Translations under genes and position numbers: made by a program
Shown: in pieces, positions 39,634-50,014 of the stretch
How the letters are laid out: every line of letters starts with the position of its first letter
Numbering within the stretch: position 1 is the stretch's first letter
Source: a bacterium
GTDB taxonomy: Bacteria > JACRDZ01 > JAQUKH01
DNA: 64,000 bases
Direction of reading: 5' to 3'
Assembly: GCA_028719205.1 (NCBI GenBank)
Contig: JAQUKH010000001.1
Location: forward strand, 80,603 to 144,602
Notes under the pieces: generated by a model
Databases searched by the model: none
What the model was told of the DNA's origin: nothing
The model's input: the letters and a program-made list of their open reading frames with translations, nothing else

Positions 39634-40644
39634 TTATTTCCATAGCTTTTTTATAATTATATCCGTTACATCTTCAGGCTTAATTGCCTTTAAACATTCC
39701 AGGGTCCCCTTGGGGCAACTATTGGAACCATGTAAACTGCATGGCCTGCACTTAAGATCGCGGCTCAGAACAACCGAGTTTTTCCCCACAGGGGCAAACC
39801 CGAATTCCTTAACTGTTGGCCCGAAAAATGTGATCAACGGGATACCGGCTGCGTCCGCGATATGCATCAAACCGGTATCATTGCCGATAAAATACTGGCA
39901 TTTTTTTATTAAGGCCGCTTGTGCCATCAGCCCCAGCTCATTTATGGCTATAATTGGTTTATTTTTTAAATCTTCAAATGTGCTTCCAAGTTTTTCAATA
40001 TCACCCGGCCCGCCGAATATTATAAACCTGCATTCTATTTTTTTGCTTAGATCATTCACTAATTTTTTATAATGATCCATTGGCCAACACTTTGTCTCCC
40101 AGTGCGCGAAAGGCGCAAGCCCGATCATTAGAATATCTTTACCGGCATACTTTTTTTGAAATTCTTCCGCTATTTCCTCATCACGCTTACTTATCCATAT
40201 TTCCAGCCCTTTATTATCATTTTCAATATTAAGAGGCTTTAACGCGTTAAAATAGCTGTTAATTACACTTGTATTTTCATCCAATAATTTAAGATGTAAA
40301 TTTAATAACAACCAGCGTTTTAAAATATTTTTTTTATATATCAACCTCTTTTCAACACTTAAAGTATAATCTAAATAAATGCTCCTTAAGTTACGATGAA
40401 TATCAATTATTACATCATATTTATTTTCTTTTAACTTATTTGCTAAATCTTTTATAGGCTCATTTGTTTTTAAAATTATCACTTCATTCAGATATGGGCA
40501 GTCTGCTATTAGCGGCGCAAATTCTTCTTTTACCAGCATTGAAATATGGCTTTCAGGATATTTATTGCGGACCGCGCGAATAACAGGGCTTGTTAAAACA
40601 ATATCGCCGATCGAACTAAAGCGGATTATTAATATTTTTTTCAT
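39634..40644 (-). CDS. glycosyltransferase family 9 (heptosyltransferase)
   Basis: ILIIRFSSIGDIVLTSPVIRAV. Confidence 0.8.
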   Translation of the reverse strand: MKKILIIRFSSIGDIVLTSPVIRAVRNKYPESHISMLVKEEFAPLIADCPYLNEVIILKTNEPIKDLANKLKENKYDVIIDIHRNLRSIYLDYTLSVEKRLIYKKNILKRWLLLNLHLKLLDENTSVINSYFNALKPLNIENDNKGLEIWISKRDEEIAEEFQKKYAGKDILMIGLAPFAHWETKCWPMDHYKKLVNDLSKKIECRFIIFGGPGDIEKLGSTFEDLKNKPIIAINELGLMAQAALIKKCQYFIGNDTGLMHIADAAGIPLITFFGPTVKEFGFAPVGKNSVVLSRDLKCRPCSLHGSNSCPKGTLECLKAIKPEDVTDIIIKKLWK

Positions 40645-40705
40645 AAAATTCTACATACAAGACTTAAGCGGAAGGTTCTGGCTGAAAGCCAGGTTCTTTC
40701 CGCTT

Positions 40706-41974
40706 CTAGTCCTTGTTGTCCTCTGTGAGGATAATATCAGCCTGTTTTACCGCTGACTGTTTATGTTTTTTAAAGACAAAAAACGCTTTTTCACCCATCG
40801 TCCTGTTTTTACTCTTATCCGAAAGAATTTCATTAAATGCCTGTTCCAATTCCTTCGCGTTATATACTTTTCTTCCTCCACCGCTTTTTATAAGGTCTTC
40901 CGCGACATCTTTAACATTATTGACATATGGGCCGAATAATACCGGCTTGTTAAAAGCGGCCGGTTCTAAGATATTATGCCCGTCAAACGGCTTCAGCGTG
41001 CCTCCGACAAATGAAAGATCTGATAATTTGTAAAAAGAGCTTAACTCACCCAGTGAATCAAGAATAAGTATCTTGAACTGTGGTTCGCCATTATTAGCAT
41101 TATATCTACTTCTTAACATGTAAGAAATTCCTGTTTTTTGAACCAGCTTTTCGACTTCCGGAATTCTTTCCAGATGCCTTGGGGCGAGCACAAGCATTGC
41201 ATTAGTAAATTTCACCTGGAAGTTTTTAAAGGCTTCCAATACGACCTCTTCTTCGCCGGGGCGGGTACTCCCCGCTACAATGACCGGACTTCCCATAATT
41301 ATTGAAATATCTTTATCGGTAACAGGCATAAATGAATATTTGGCATTTCCAGTAACCTCGGCTTTTTTTGATGATAGCCCAAGCGATATAATGCGGTTTT
41401 TATCAATATCCGTCTGCGCGCAGTAAAAATCTATTTTATTAACAAATTTCTTGAAAAAGAACCTGAAACTTAAATATTTGGGCCATGAGCTGTCTGATAT
41501 CCTTCCATTAACAATAATGGCCTTAATTCCCATCTGTTCAGCCTGATGTATCATGTTTGCCCATAATTCAGTTTCAGAAACAACTATGATCTTAGGATCT
41601 ATTTTTTTAATAAAGCTTTTAATAATAAAACTGAGATCTATTGGAAGAAGAGAAAAATATACCACAGGGTATCCTGCAAATATTTCTTTCGCCCTTTTCA
41701 GCCCGGTAGAGGTATAAGTGGTAACAACAAATTCAAGATCCTTATTTTTCTGGAAAAGGCTGTCCAGGATCGGATAAATCCCGCTAATTTCCCCAACCGA
41801 CGCCGCATGGAACCATATTGGTTTTTTTGATGATTTTGATTTAACCGGCGACATTATCCCTAGCCGCTGTTTCCACAAAGATAATTCGTTTTTTTTGAAT
41901 AATTTAACAATTAAATACGGGCTGGAAATGATTATAAATACTAATAATAATAGATCATAAATGAAAAATAACAT
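40706..41974 (-). CDS. waaA: 3-deoxy-D-manno-octulosonic acid (Kdo) transferase
   Basis: WFHAASVGE motif. Confidence 0.85.
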   Translation of the reverse strand: MLFFIYDLLLLVFIIISSPYLIVKLFKKNELSLWKQRLGIMSPVKSKSSKKPIWFHAASVGEISGIYPILDSLFQKNKDLEFVVTTYTSTGLKRAKEIFAGYPVVYFSLLPIDLSFIIKSFIKKIDPKIIVVSETELWANMIHQAEQMGIKAIIVNGRISDSSWPKYLSFRFFFKKFVNKIDFYCAQTDIDKNRIISLGLSSKKAEVTGNAKYSFMPVTDKDISIIMGSPVIVAGSTRPGEEEVVLEAFKNFQVKFTNAMLVLAPRHLERIPEVEKLVQKTGISYMLRSRYNANNGEPQFKILILDSLGELSSFYKLSDLSFVGGTLKPFDGHNILEPAAFNKPVLFGPYVNNVKDVAEDLIKSGGGRKVYNAKELEQAFNEILSDKSKNRTMGEKAFFVFKKHKQSAVKQADIILTEDNKD

Positions 41975-42032
41975 AGTAAGTAATTATATCTACATAATTT
42001 ATACTGGTCAAGGGTTATTAATGGGCAGGGTA

Positions 42033-43538
42033 CTATTCCATCCCTATAAGGATTCCCACCACATACTTATGCGACCTCTTTGGATTGTCCACCGCTTTTT
42101 GAGAAACTATACTAATTGCTTCCCTGTATTTCTCGATCCCATATTCATCGATCAATGAAATTATATCTTCAACGGTCACAGGATCATTTTCTTCAAATAC
42201 GACCTTAGCGAATTCTCTCGCCTGGTTCACCCTGTCCGCGCCGTATTGCTTATTCAAACTCTCCCATTTTTCTGCCTGCTTCACAGGATCATACAGGTCA
42301 AATACTTTATATTTTGAAGGTTCTCGATTTTCATAGCCTTCTTTAACATCAGAATATTCTATATCAATAATTTCGTATTTTTTTAATTCCGACATCCCTT
42401 CGCTTAAAGTAGTCCTGTGTAAATGGAAATAATTACTAAGCACATCCAGCGCATGGCTCCACCATTGGTCATTATCGCTCAGGGTTACTTCATAACGATT
42501 GACCAAATAACAGAATTTCGCCCTGAAGGAAAGCTTCTTGCTCCAGCCATAACTGAAATACTCCCCGGGAACAGTAAAATATTTCCCTTCAGGATATTTG
42601 TACGGTTTCTCACTATTTTCCGGATCAAGTAATGTTACCTTCGCATTCTCACCGATCCGCGTTTCATAATTTATAACATGATATATTTCATTTAACTTCT
42701 TTAATATTCTGTTGATCTCGCCTCTAAAAGCGGTTTTATCCATAACTTTATCCATCTCCAGATCAACCGCCATCTTGTTATAATCCAAGTCAATTAAGGC
42801 ATCCCTTTTAAATTCCCTCAGCAACAAAAGATAAATATCAAACGCCCTTTCATCACTACTGGTTATCATCCTGCCGGCCAGATTCTCATTATCCAGAAAA
42901 TATCTATACAAGGCTAATGAAGGTTCTTTTTCGCTTACATCCTTTCCCGCCTCATTATCGATAACGATCTCAGAAAAATCCTTAAGCAAAGATCGCGCCA
43001 ATTCACCTGACCTTATTAAAACCGACACCTCGTTATTTTTATTAAGTGAAGACCCGGACCAGTTGGTACTCCCCAGGACAACAACATTTTCGTCAATAAT
43101 TATCGTTTTGCTATGCGTAAATACGCTTTTAGTATCATAAAACACTTCAATACCATTCTCTTTAAAATACCTGAAAGCATTTTGATTTTTTCCCTCAATA
43201 CGCCCTCTTTCACCATCCTCCGATCTGTCATAATCAACGCTCTGATCCAGAATTACTTTAACCTGAACACCACGTTTTTTTGCGTTAACCAGGCTTTCAC
43301 AGAGTTGATATACTTCTGACTGCGTATTTTTTCCGTCCAGGCTCACGATATACATAGCCATGGATATGGATTTTTGGGATTTATCAAGGACTTCTTTGAC
43401 GGCGGGATAATATTTTCTACTGCTGATATTGGTAATTTCCGGTTCCCATAGGGGCTCAACATTTTGAGCCCTTATTATATTGGATTCGATTATTGATATA
43501 AATAAGATTAAAATAAAATATAATTGTTTGTATCTCAT
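42033..43538 (-). CDS. secreted phospholipase D-family (HKD) protein
   Basis: FTHSKTIIIDENVVVLGSTNWS HKD motif; signal peptide. Confidence 0.7.
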   Translation of the reverse strand: MRYKQLYFILILFISIIESNIIRAQNVEPLWEPEITNISSRKYYPAVKEVLDKSQKSISMAMYIVSLDGKNTQSEVYQLCESLVNAKKRGVQVKVILDQSVDYDRSEDGERGRIEGKNQNAFRYFKENGIEVFYDTKSVFTHSKTIIIDENVVVLGSTNWSGSSLNKNNEVSVLIRSGELARSLLKDFSEIVIDNEAGKDVSEKEPSLALYRYFLDNENLAGRMITSSDERAFDIYLLLLREFKRDALIDLDYNKMAVDLEMDKVMDKTAFRGEINRILKKLNEIYHVINYETRIGENAKVTLLDPENSEKPYKYPEGKYFTVPGEYFSYGWSKKLSFRAKFCYLVNRYEVTLSDNDQWWSHALDVLSNYFHLHRTTLSEGMSELKKYEIIDIEYSDVKEGYENREPSKYKVFDLYDPVKQAEKWESLNKQYGADRVNQAREFAKVVFEENDPVTVEDIISLIDEYGIEKYREAISIVSQKAVDNPKRSHKYVVGILIGME

Positions 43539-43547
43539 TATTTAATT

Positions 43548-43847
43548 TTATATTTTCTTATTTCTATTAATCCAATATTTTGGTTCACGATGCATATGGA
43601 CAACGGCAATAACATAGATATGGTCTATTTCATTTGAGTATAATATTTTGTAGGGAAATTTGTGGAGGAGGTATCTCTTAACATTTTCACTTTCAGGAGA
43701 ACCTATTTTTGGCATTTTCTTAATTATTCTAAGCACTCTTCTGGTTTCTTCTTTAAATTTTGCACCCAGGCCTTTTATTTCAATTTCGTAATATTCGATT
43801 GCGTCAGTCAATTCCTCTCTTGCCAGCTTATCAAATATTACTTTCAT
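43548..43847 (-). CDS. type II toxin RelE/ParE family
   Basis: Size, YVIAVVHMHREP C-terminal pattern, 4-nt overlap with the upstream antitoxin gene. Confidence 0.75.
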   Translation of the reverse strand: MKVIFDKLAREELTDAIEYYEIEIKGLGAKFKEETRRVLRIIKKMPKIGSPESENVKRYLLHKFPYKILYSNEIDHIYVIAVVHMHREPKYWINRNKKI

Positions 43848-44056
43848 AAACCCTCTTTGAATATTTCCTCAGCCGGTATTCCTTTACTTTTTCCTTCCCT
43901 GTAAGATTTAAGACGAGCTTCAGCCTCTTGTAACCATATTTTTGCTATTTCAGGGTCAGGTTTATCTAAACTTGAAACCAGAGCTTCAATTAAAACAATT
44001 TTTTCTTGAGGTTTTAATTCTAACGCTTTTTCTACTAATAAATTATTAATTGACAT
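43844..44056 (-). CDS. antitoxin, putative addiction module component (TIGR02574-like)
   Basis: ALELKPQEKIVLIEALVSSLD pattern. Confidence 0.7.
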   Translation of the reverse strand: MSINNLLVEKALELKPQEKIVLIEALVSSLDKPDPEIAKIWLQEAEARLKSYREGKSKGIPAEEIFKEGL

Positions 44057-44242
44057 GGCTATTCCTTTCTTTCATTCTTTGATAAATACATTACTATTAT
44101 ATTACTTTTTGATGTTTAATGGCAAGGTTATTTATTTTTTACCATTTATAAAAAGTCAATACTTTTAATCTTTTAACTACATCCCCATATTTTCCCTAGG
44201 CAACAACGTCACGGATATTTTTTATATAATTTTAAGCAAAAG

Positions 44243-44434
44243 TTATCTTTCCTCCGGAATAACTTCAATTTTAGACAGCGGGGGGAAATGCTTCGGATTA
44301 TCATTATTCAGCTTATAAGTCCACTCGTCAAATTTAAACGAACATTCATAACAACGATGTTCCTCCGCCTTACCCTTAGCATTTAAAAATCTAACCAAAA
44401 ATCCTCCGTTGGCCATGATACAAGCTCCTTTCAT
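44243..44434 (-). CDS. small hypothetical Cys/His-containing protein
   Basis: ORF only; flanked by direct repeats (see findings). Confidence 0.25.
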   Translation of the reverse strand: MKGACIMANGGFLVRFLNAKGKAEEHRCYECSFKFDEWTYKLNNDNPKHFPPLSKIEVIPEER

Positions 44435-44695
44435 TTTTTAAAAAGGGATATTTAATTCCACGGACACACCAATAACATCCCACATTCTTCTCGCCCCAGA
44501 CCTTGGAGCTAAAAGCCATCACCTATTCTTGCTGTGGAAATTGTTTGCGACTAGACAGCGCCGAACCTGAAATCAACTTCGCGTATTCCCAGAATATCAA
44601 ATCCCTGATTGTTTTAACTGCTGGTGGCGGCATAGTATTCTCTTTAATATTTCTATTTTATTAATAAGTAATGCCGAGAAACAACGTCCAGGATA

Positions 44696-45478
44696 TTAAA
44701 ATATTTCCTTTGGGACTAGTTTATAATCAGTTTTAGACAGAATCATTTTATAAATTTTTAAGTGATTATATTCTTCCCTCTGCTTTATAGATTTAGCAAT
44801 AATCTCTACTTTCTCATCAGATCTCAAGCCCAGATAAATTTCCTTTATTGATGTAATCGGTATTGTATAATAATAATTGCCATCTGAATCCACATCATCC
44901 AACTTCCAAAGAATTCTGACCTCAGTCTCATATCCCCATTTTGTTTCTTTTCTTTTTAACACATCAATAAAATCTTTCTTAAATCTCTCGCGCAATCTCC
45001 CAATTGGCAATGGCAAGGATATCATATCATCTTTGTAGTTTACTTCAATTAATGCTTCATTATCTCTTATAAATTCGCTTTCATCTATCCCGATAACTAT
45101 TCCCTTGTGATTTTCAGCATAATGCGCCCACATTTGAATTATATCCGATTTTCGGGAAAAACACGTTATTCCCATTTTCCCACAATATTCATCCCATATT
45201 TTATAAAATATTTTTTTGTCGTGTAAAATGCCTTTCAATAAAACATCGATAGAAGAATTTTCATCATAATCTATTTTAAGATCTTTCAACAATTTTTTAA
45301 AACCGTTTATTAAATCTGGATCATTTTCATGGAGCCATCGCAATTCTTCTAGCGTAGATTTTTCGTCGAAGCTAAATAGTAATTCAAAAGGATCGTTAAA
45401 GTCTTTTCTTAAGGATAACCTCAACCTTGCCTTTAAAAGAATATCAAATCCGTCTATTTTGCAATATTTATATAGCAT
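44696..45478 (-). CDS. DUF2971-family protein
   Basis: MLYKYCKIDGFDILLK...FNDPFE N-terminal signature. Confidence 0.55.
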   Translation of the reverse strand: MLYKYCKIDGFDILLKARLRLSLRKDFNDPFELLFSFDEKSTLEELRWLHENDPDLINGFKKLLKDLKIDYDENSSIDVLLKGILHDKKIFYKIWDEYCGKMGITCFSRKSDIIQMWAHYAENHKGIVIGIDESEFIRDNEALIEVNYKDDMISLPLPIGRLRERFKKDFIDVLKRKETKWGYETEVRILWKLDDVDSDGNYYYTIPITSIKEIYLGLRSDEKVEIIAKSIKQREEYNHLKIYKMILSKTDYKLVPKEIF

Positions 45479-45631
45479 TTTTACTCGCTAAATTTTATGT
45501 TTGGACACACCACAACTTTAACAAATTAGTTTTTTCAAACAATGTTTTTTAAATCTTACAATGATATTTCCCTCTAGAGAATAATGTTCAGAAAACTATT
45601 TTAGGACTTAAACAATTTTGTCACAAAACTT

Positions 45632-46525
45632 TTAGCCTGTCCTCTTAAATTTCATGTATCTTCTCTCTAACAATTCCTGATTTGGCCAAAACGAATTATT
45701 TGTCGGCAATATTATACGCTTTGAATTTAAATTCACTAATCCATGCTCCAGCATAGGACCGTCTTTTTCTATCAAAATATCTTTCCTGACCTCTATTTTA
45801 TAATCCGGAGTTATTCCTAAAATAAAACTGTCGAAGGCCGCATGATGCAGTTTGCACAATGCTATACCATTGTCAATCCGTGGATCGCCTTCCGGTTCAT
45901 TATCGGGAATAATATGCGCTGCATCTAATAATTCAGAATGTTTTAATTTACAGAATGAACACTGGCAACTATAAGCGTCTAATACTTTCTCCCTAAAAAT
46001 TCTTTGGTGAAGTCTTTGTTTTACGGTACCTGTAATGTAAGCTCTAACAGCCTGGGAATCTTCAGCAATACCGATATGTTCATTATTAACTGCAGAAATC
46101 TCACCAACAACAACATTAAATGTCAGATTTTCAGGATTATCTGAAATTATATAAACTGGCCATACTGGTGAATATTTTCCAACGGCAATTCCATGGAAAT
46201 AGATTAATGGCAATCTATTTTCAAAAGCTTTTCTTAATCCTACATTATCTCGATGATTTATGTCTGTCCCTCTGTATCGATATGAAAGAAAGCCCTCTTT
46301 GCTGTAACTGTCATTATATGGACTTTTAGGAGAAGTAGTTATTGATAATGGATAATTAAGTATTTGAGGTTTAAATATTCCTTGAGGTCCTACTAAACGT
46401 ATAGTGGAACCTTGAAAATCAAAACCTTTTTCTAATAAATTACGTGGCAGAACATCACCATGTAAGCTTGTCTGTTCTGATAACCATTGAAAGGCAGCTA
46501 TTCGGACTTTTTTATCGAGATCCAT
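45632..46525 (-). CDS. HNH endonuclease-domain protein with uncharacterised N-terminal domain
   Basis: CQCSFCKL...AAHIIP...NGIALCKLHHAAFD HNH motif. Confidence 0.65.
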   Translation of the reverse strand: MDLDKKVRIAAFQWLSEQTSLHGDVLPRNLLEKGFDFQGSTIRLVGPQGIFKPQILNYPLSITTSPKSPYNDSYSKEGFLSYRYRGTDINHRDNVGLRKAFENRLPLIYFHGIAVGKYSPVWPVYIISDNPENLTFNVVVGEISAVNNEHIGIAEDSQAVRAYITGTVKQRLHQRIFREKVLDAYSCQCSFCKLKHSELLDAAHIIPDNEPEGDPRIDNGIALCKLHHAAFDSFILGITPDYKIEVRKDILIEKDGPMLEHGLVNLNSKRIILPTNNSFWPNQELLERRYMKFKRTG

Positions 46526-46543
46526 GTTAAATATTTTATATTT

Positions 46544-47317
46544 TTATAAATGTTCATCTTTTTTAATAATATCTGGCGTCAAAAAACGTGTATCACTATT
46601 ATTAATTAAAACATTCAACGAAGACTTTCCTTCTTTTATCTTCATAGAATCACCATAAATATATATTACATTTCCATCATTAAGTAAAACACCTATATCA
46701 ACATCGCTACTAACATAAGAGGATTTTTCACTTATTTCATGAAAATAGCTAGCTATTAATTTCACAGTACAATTTATATGATTTATTAGATTATTTAAGA
46801 AAATCTCATTATCACAACTATTTGTATTTACATTATCTTGGAATTCAGTTAGTTTTTCTCGTATACAGCTCCTATATTCTTCAGATTTTTCTATAGTAAA
46901 ATTTGTTGGCAAAATTACAGCAACATCATCATACAACTCTAATTCATAATTCCATTTTGCATGCATCACAGCCAATCGTATCAATCCCTCATTATTTCTA
47001 TATGAAATCAAAAAACAAGTGTTATCTTCCGTTCCCGGATTAATCTTTTTTAGTTCTTCAATTTTTGGTTTTACACATCTCTGAATGATATCCGTAAATT
47101 CATTAGTATTAGATATTGTCTTTTGTAGAAGCTCTTTTTTAACTGCATCTAAAGCATCGACATAACCTGAGCCAGTAACAAGGCCAAAAGAACATGCTGC
47201 AATTTTATGATCACCATCCTTATGTTGTTTTCCCAAAAAAGGAATTTCCCAGGAAGCTCTCGTATCAGCAGCGATAATCGAATAAGATTTTAAATTTGCT
47301 CCAATTAGTAATGTCAT
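46544..47317 (-). CDS. hypothetical protein; N-terminus resembles an Ntn-hydrolase / HslV (proteasome beta)-like fold
   Basis: MTLLIGANLKSYSIIAADTRAS compared with HslV [22 protein letters not shown]; downstream GSG. Confidence 0.3.
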   Translation of the reverse strand: MTLLIGANLKSYSIIAADTRASWEIPFLGKQHKDGDHKIAACSFGLVTGSGYVDALDAVKKELLQKTISNTNEFTDIIQRCVKPKIEELKKINPGTEDNTCFLISYRNNEGLIRLAVMHAKWNYELELYDDVAVILPTNFTIEKSEEYRSCIREKLTEFQDNVNTNSCDNEIFLNNLINHINCTVKLIASYFHEISEKSSYVSSDVDIGVLLNDGNVIYIYGDSMKIKEGKSSLNVLINNSDTRFLTPDIIKKDEHL

Positions 47318-47500
47318 ATTAATACTGTTTCCGTTTCCGGGACGTTAGTTCCTAGTGATACATGTTTATTTAAATTCACAATTTCTTTTTGCATTTTACC
47401 ACTAAAACCCATAATATTTATTATATTTTTATAAGGATTTGGACAGGCGCTCCTGAGGCGGACAGACACAAGACCTGCTCCTACAAATACAAATATAAAT

Positions 47501-47528
47501 GTAAAAAAGGGCGTATGCCATACGCCCC
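47501..47528 (-). terminator. rho-independent terminator for the msbA-DUF374 operon
   Basis: GGGCGTAT-GGC-ATACGCCC hairpin followed by TTTTTTAC on the minus strand. Confidence 0.7.
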
Positions 47529-47540
47529 TACAAATAAAAA

Positions 47541-48218
47541 TTATTTATTGAAATATTCTTCAGCCTTAACAACAATCGCATCAAGGCTTTGTTTTAATTT
47601 ATTCTGGATTTCTCTGATTTCTTCGCCGCGGGCACTTTCGGGAACAAAAATCGGGCGGCCGTAAACGAATACGGCGTGATTGAATGGAAGAGGCAAGATA
47701 AAATTGTCCCAGCTTTTAAATACCTTTTTTTTCTTTACGTCATATATTAGAGGCAATATTGCGGCGCCCGTTTTTTTGGCTAGAAGGACCACTCCCGGCT
47801 GGACTTCATATTTCGGGCCTCGTGGGCCGTCAGGCGTGAAGCCCGTGTCATGGCCTTCTCTGACAGCTTCGATCATCTGGTTGAGCGCCCTGCGGCCGTC
47901 CGTAAAACTTGAACCTCGTATAGTTTTATATCCTACAGCCTCAATAATCCTGGTTGTGTATTCTCCATCGCGACTTGGGCTTACAAGAACCCTTATTCCC
48001 CGGTGCCTGTAATAAAAACAGGTAAAAAATATCCTGTTATGCCAGAAGGTATAAATTATTCGCGTGCCATTTCTTTTTAATTCTTCTTCGTAATGCTTAT
48101 CAACAAAATCAATTTTTGTGGTCCAGCCGATAAACTTAACAAACATGGAACCTAATACAGGGCTGATAAAAACTAATATTTTTCGATAAATATGTTTAAA
48201 CGTCCGTTTTATGCTCAT
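47541..48218 (-). CDS. DUF374 lysophospholipid-acyltransferase-like protein (commonly linked to waaA/msbA)
   Basis: TFWHNRIFF...GFTPDGPRGP pattern. Confidence 0.7.
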   Translation of the reverse strand: MSIKRTFKHIYRKILVFISPVLGSMFVKFIGWTTKIDFVDKHYEEELKRNGTRIIYTFWHNRIFFTCFYYRHRGIRVLVSPSRDGEYTTRIIEAVGYKTIRGSSFTDGRRALNQMIEAVREGHDTGFTPDGPRGPKYEVQPGVVLLAKKTGAAILPLIYDVKKKKVFKSWDNFILPLPFNHAVFVYGRPIFVPESARGEEIREIQNKLKQSLDAIVVKAEEYFNK

Positions 48219-48258
48219 AACCTAATCAAAAGCTAATAAATGAAATATTTATATGTAT

Positions 48259-48301
48259 TTTGCCCTATGCGCCATGCTCCATGCACTATGCTTTACTCTT
48301 T
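48259..48301. repeat. family-2 heptad repeat overlapping the msbA stop codon
   Basis: ttgccctatgcgccatgctccatgcactatgctttactctttg. Confidence 0.6.
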
Positions 48302-50014
48302 GAACTGCATCTCATAGAGATGTTTATACAAAGCGCATTTTTGGAGTAATTCCTCGTGTTTTCCGATATCCACGATCCTGCCTTTTTCCAAAACAACTAT
48401 ACGATCCGCGTTTACTATTGTAGACAATCTGTGAGCGATGGCGAAGGTTGTCCTGTTTTCCATTAAATTTTTAATTGCTGATTGAACCTGGCGTTCAGAC
48501 TCAGTATCAAGCGAGGATGTCGCTTCATCCAAAATCAATATCGGCGGATTTTTAAGTATTGCCCTGGCGATTGCCAGTCTTTGTCTCTGCCCGCCGGATA
48601 ATTGAACTCCGCGCTCCCCTATAATCGTGTCATATTTTTTAGGAAGCATCTCAATAAAATCCTCCGCATTGGCGCGTTTTGCAGCATCCATAACTGATTT
48701 TAATTCAGCTTCCTGATGGCCATAAGCAATATTATTCCTGACAGTATCATAAAAAAGTATAGTATCCTGTGTTACTATTCCTATCTTATCTCTTAAGGAC
48801 CTGATCTTAACATCTTTTATATCTATTCCATCAATTGTAATACGTCCCATATCAGGATCGTAAAAACGCATCAGCAGATTTACGATCGTAGTCTTCCCGG
48901 CCCCGCTTGGCCCTACTAACGCGATCATTTGTCCGGGTTTAACATCAAGATTTATATTCTGCAAAATATTCTCTTTATTTTCATAAGAAAAGCTTACGTT
49001 ATCATATTTAATACTGTTTTTTACCGCCGGCAGGTCTATTGACCCGTCTTTTTCAATAATTTGCGGTTTAACATCAAGAAGCGTAAAAATGCGTGAACTT
49101 GCGGCCTCAGCCTGCTGTATATTGTTATTTATCTGGGTTATACTTCTTACAGGCTTGTAAAAAGCCAATACCGCGGCAGTAAAACTTATAAAATCCCCTG
49201 TAGATAATTTTCCATTAGTAATTTCTTTTGCTCCATAATAAACAGCGAAACCAAAGCCGATTGATCCGAATAATTCCATCAGGGAAGGTATAGCTAAATT
49301 TATTTTTATTGTTTTCATAACCAGTTTAAAGAATCTATTATTTTCTTCCTTAAACTTTTTAATTTCATAATTTTCCATTGAAAACGCTTTCACAATACTA
49401 ATGCTTGAAAACACCTCCTGCAATAAGGCTGTAATATCAGAAAGTTTCTCCTGGACTCCCGCGTTTATCCGCCTTAATTTTTTACTATATTCAACTATCG
49501 GCCAGATTGCCAGGGGATAAATTACCACGCATAGAAACGCTAGTTTCCAGTGAAGATAAAATATATAACATCCTAATCCCAGAATAACTAAAGGTTGAAG
49601 AAACACATCAGAGAAGAGTATTGTAATTGTGTTTTGAATGGTTGAAATATCATTAAGCAGGTGTGACATCAGTTCGCCCGTACGTTTTTTATTAAAGAAA
49701 CTCAACGACATCGAATGCAAATGCGCGTAAACCTCGTCGCGGATATTCCTTATTACGCTAAGCCCTATATAATTCATTAAATACGAGTGAACGTATTGAG
49801 AAACTATTTTAAAGAAAATAACCAGAAACGCGGCCGAAATAATATACGGTAATATCGAAATATTTTTAGCAATGAAGCTTTCATCTATAATTTTTTTAAA
49901 TATCCAGAATTGCAGTGTATTCAGCAGAGCGTAGCATACCATAAAAACAAACGCGACTGACACTTTACGCCAATGGGGGGTAATGTATTTATAAAGCCTT
50001 TTAAAATTAGACAT
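48293..50014 (-). CDS. msbA: lipid A export ABC transporter permease/ATPase
   Basis: Six-TM domain + LSGGQRQRLAIARA, ILILDEATSSLD. Confidence 0.85.
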   Translation of the reverse strand: MSNFKRLYKYITPHWRKVSVAFVFMVCYALLNTLQFWIFKKIIDESFIAKNISILPYIISAAFLVIFFKIVSQYVHSYLMNYIGLSVIRNIRDEVYAHLHSMSLSFFNKKRTGELMSHLLNDISTIQNTITILFSDVFLQPLVILGLGCYIFYLHWKLAFLCVVIYPLAIWPIVEYSKKLRRINAGVQEKLSDITALLQEVFSSISIVKAFSMENYEIKKFKEENNRFFKLVMKTIKINLAIPSLMELFGSIGFGFAVYYGAKEITNGKLSTGDFISFTAAVLAFYKPVRSITQINNNIQQAEAASSRIFTLLDVKPQIIEKDGSIDLPAVKNSIKYDNVSFSYENKENILQNINLDVKPGQMIALVGPSGAGKTTIVNLLMRFYDPDMGRITIDGIDIKDVKIRSLRDKIGIVTQDTILFYDTVRNNIAYGHQEAELKSVMDAAKRANAEDFIEMLPKKYDTIIGERGVQLSGGQRQRLAIARAILKNPPILILDEATSSLDTESERQVQSAIKNLMENRTTFAIAHRLSTIVNADRIVVLEKGRIVDIGKHEELLQKCALYKHLYEMQFKE

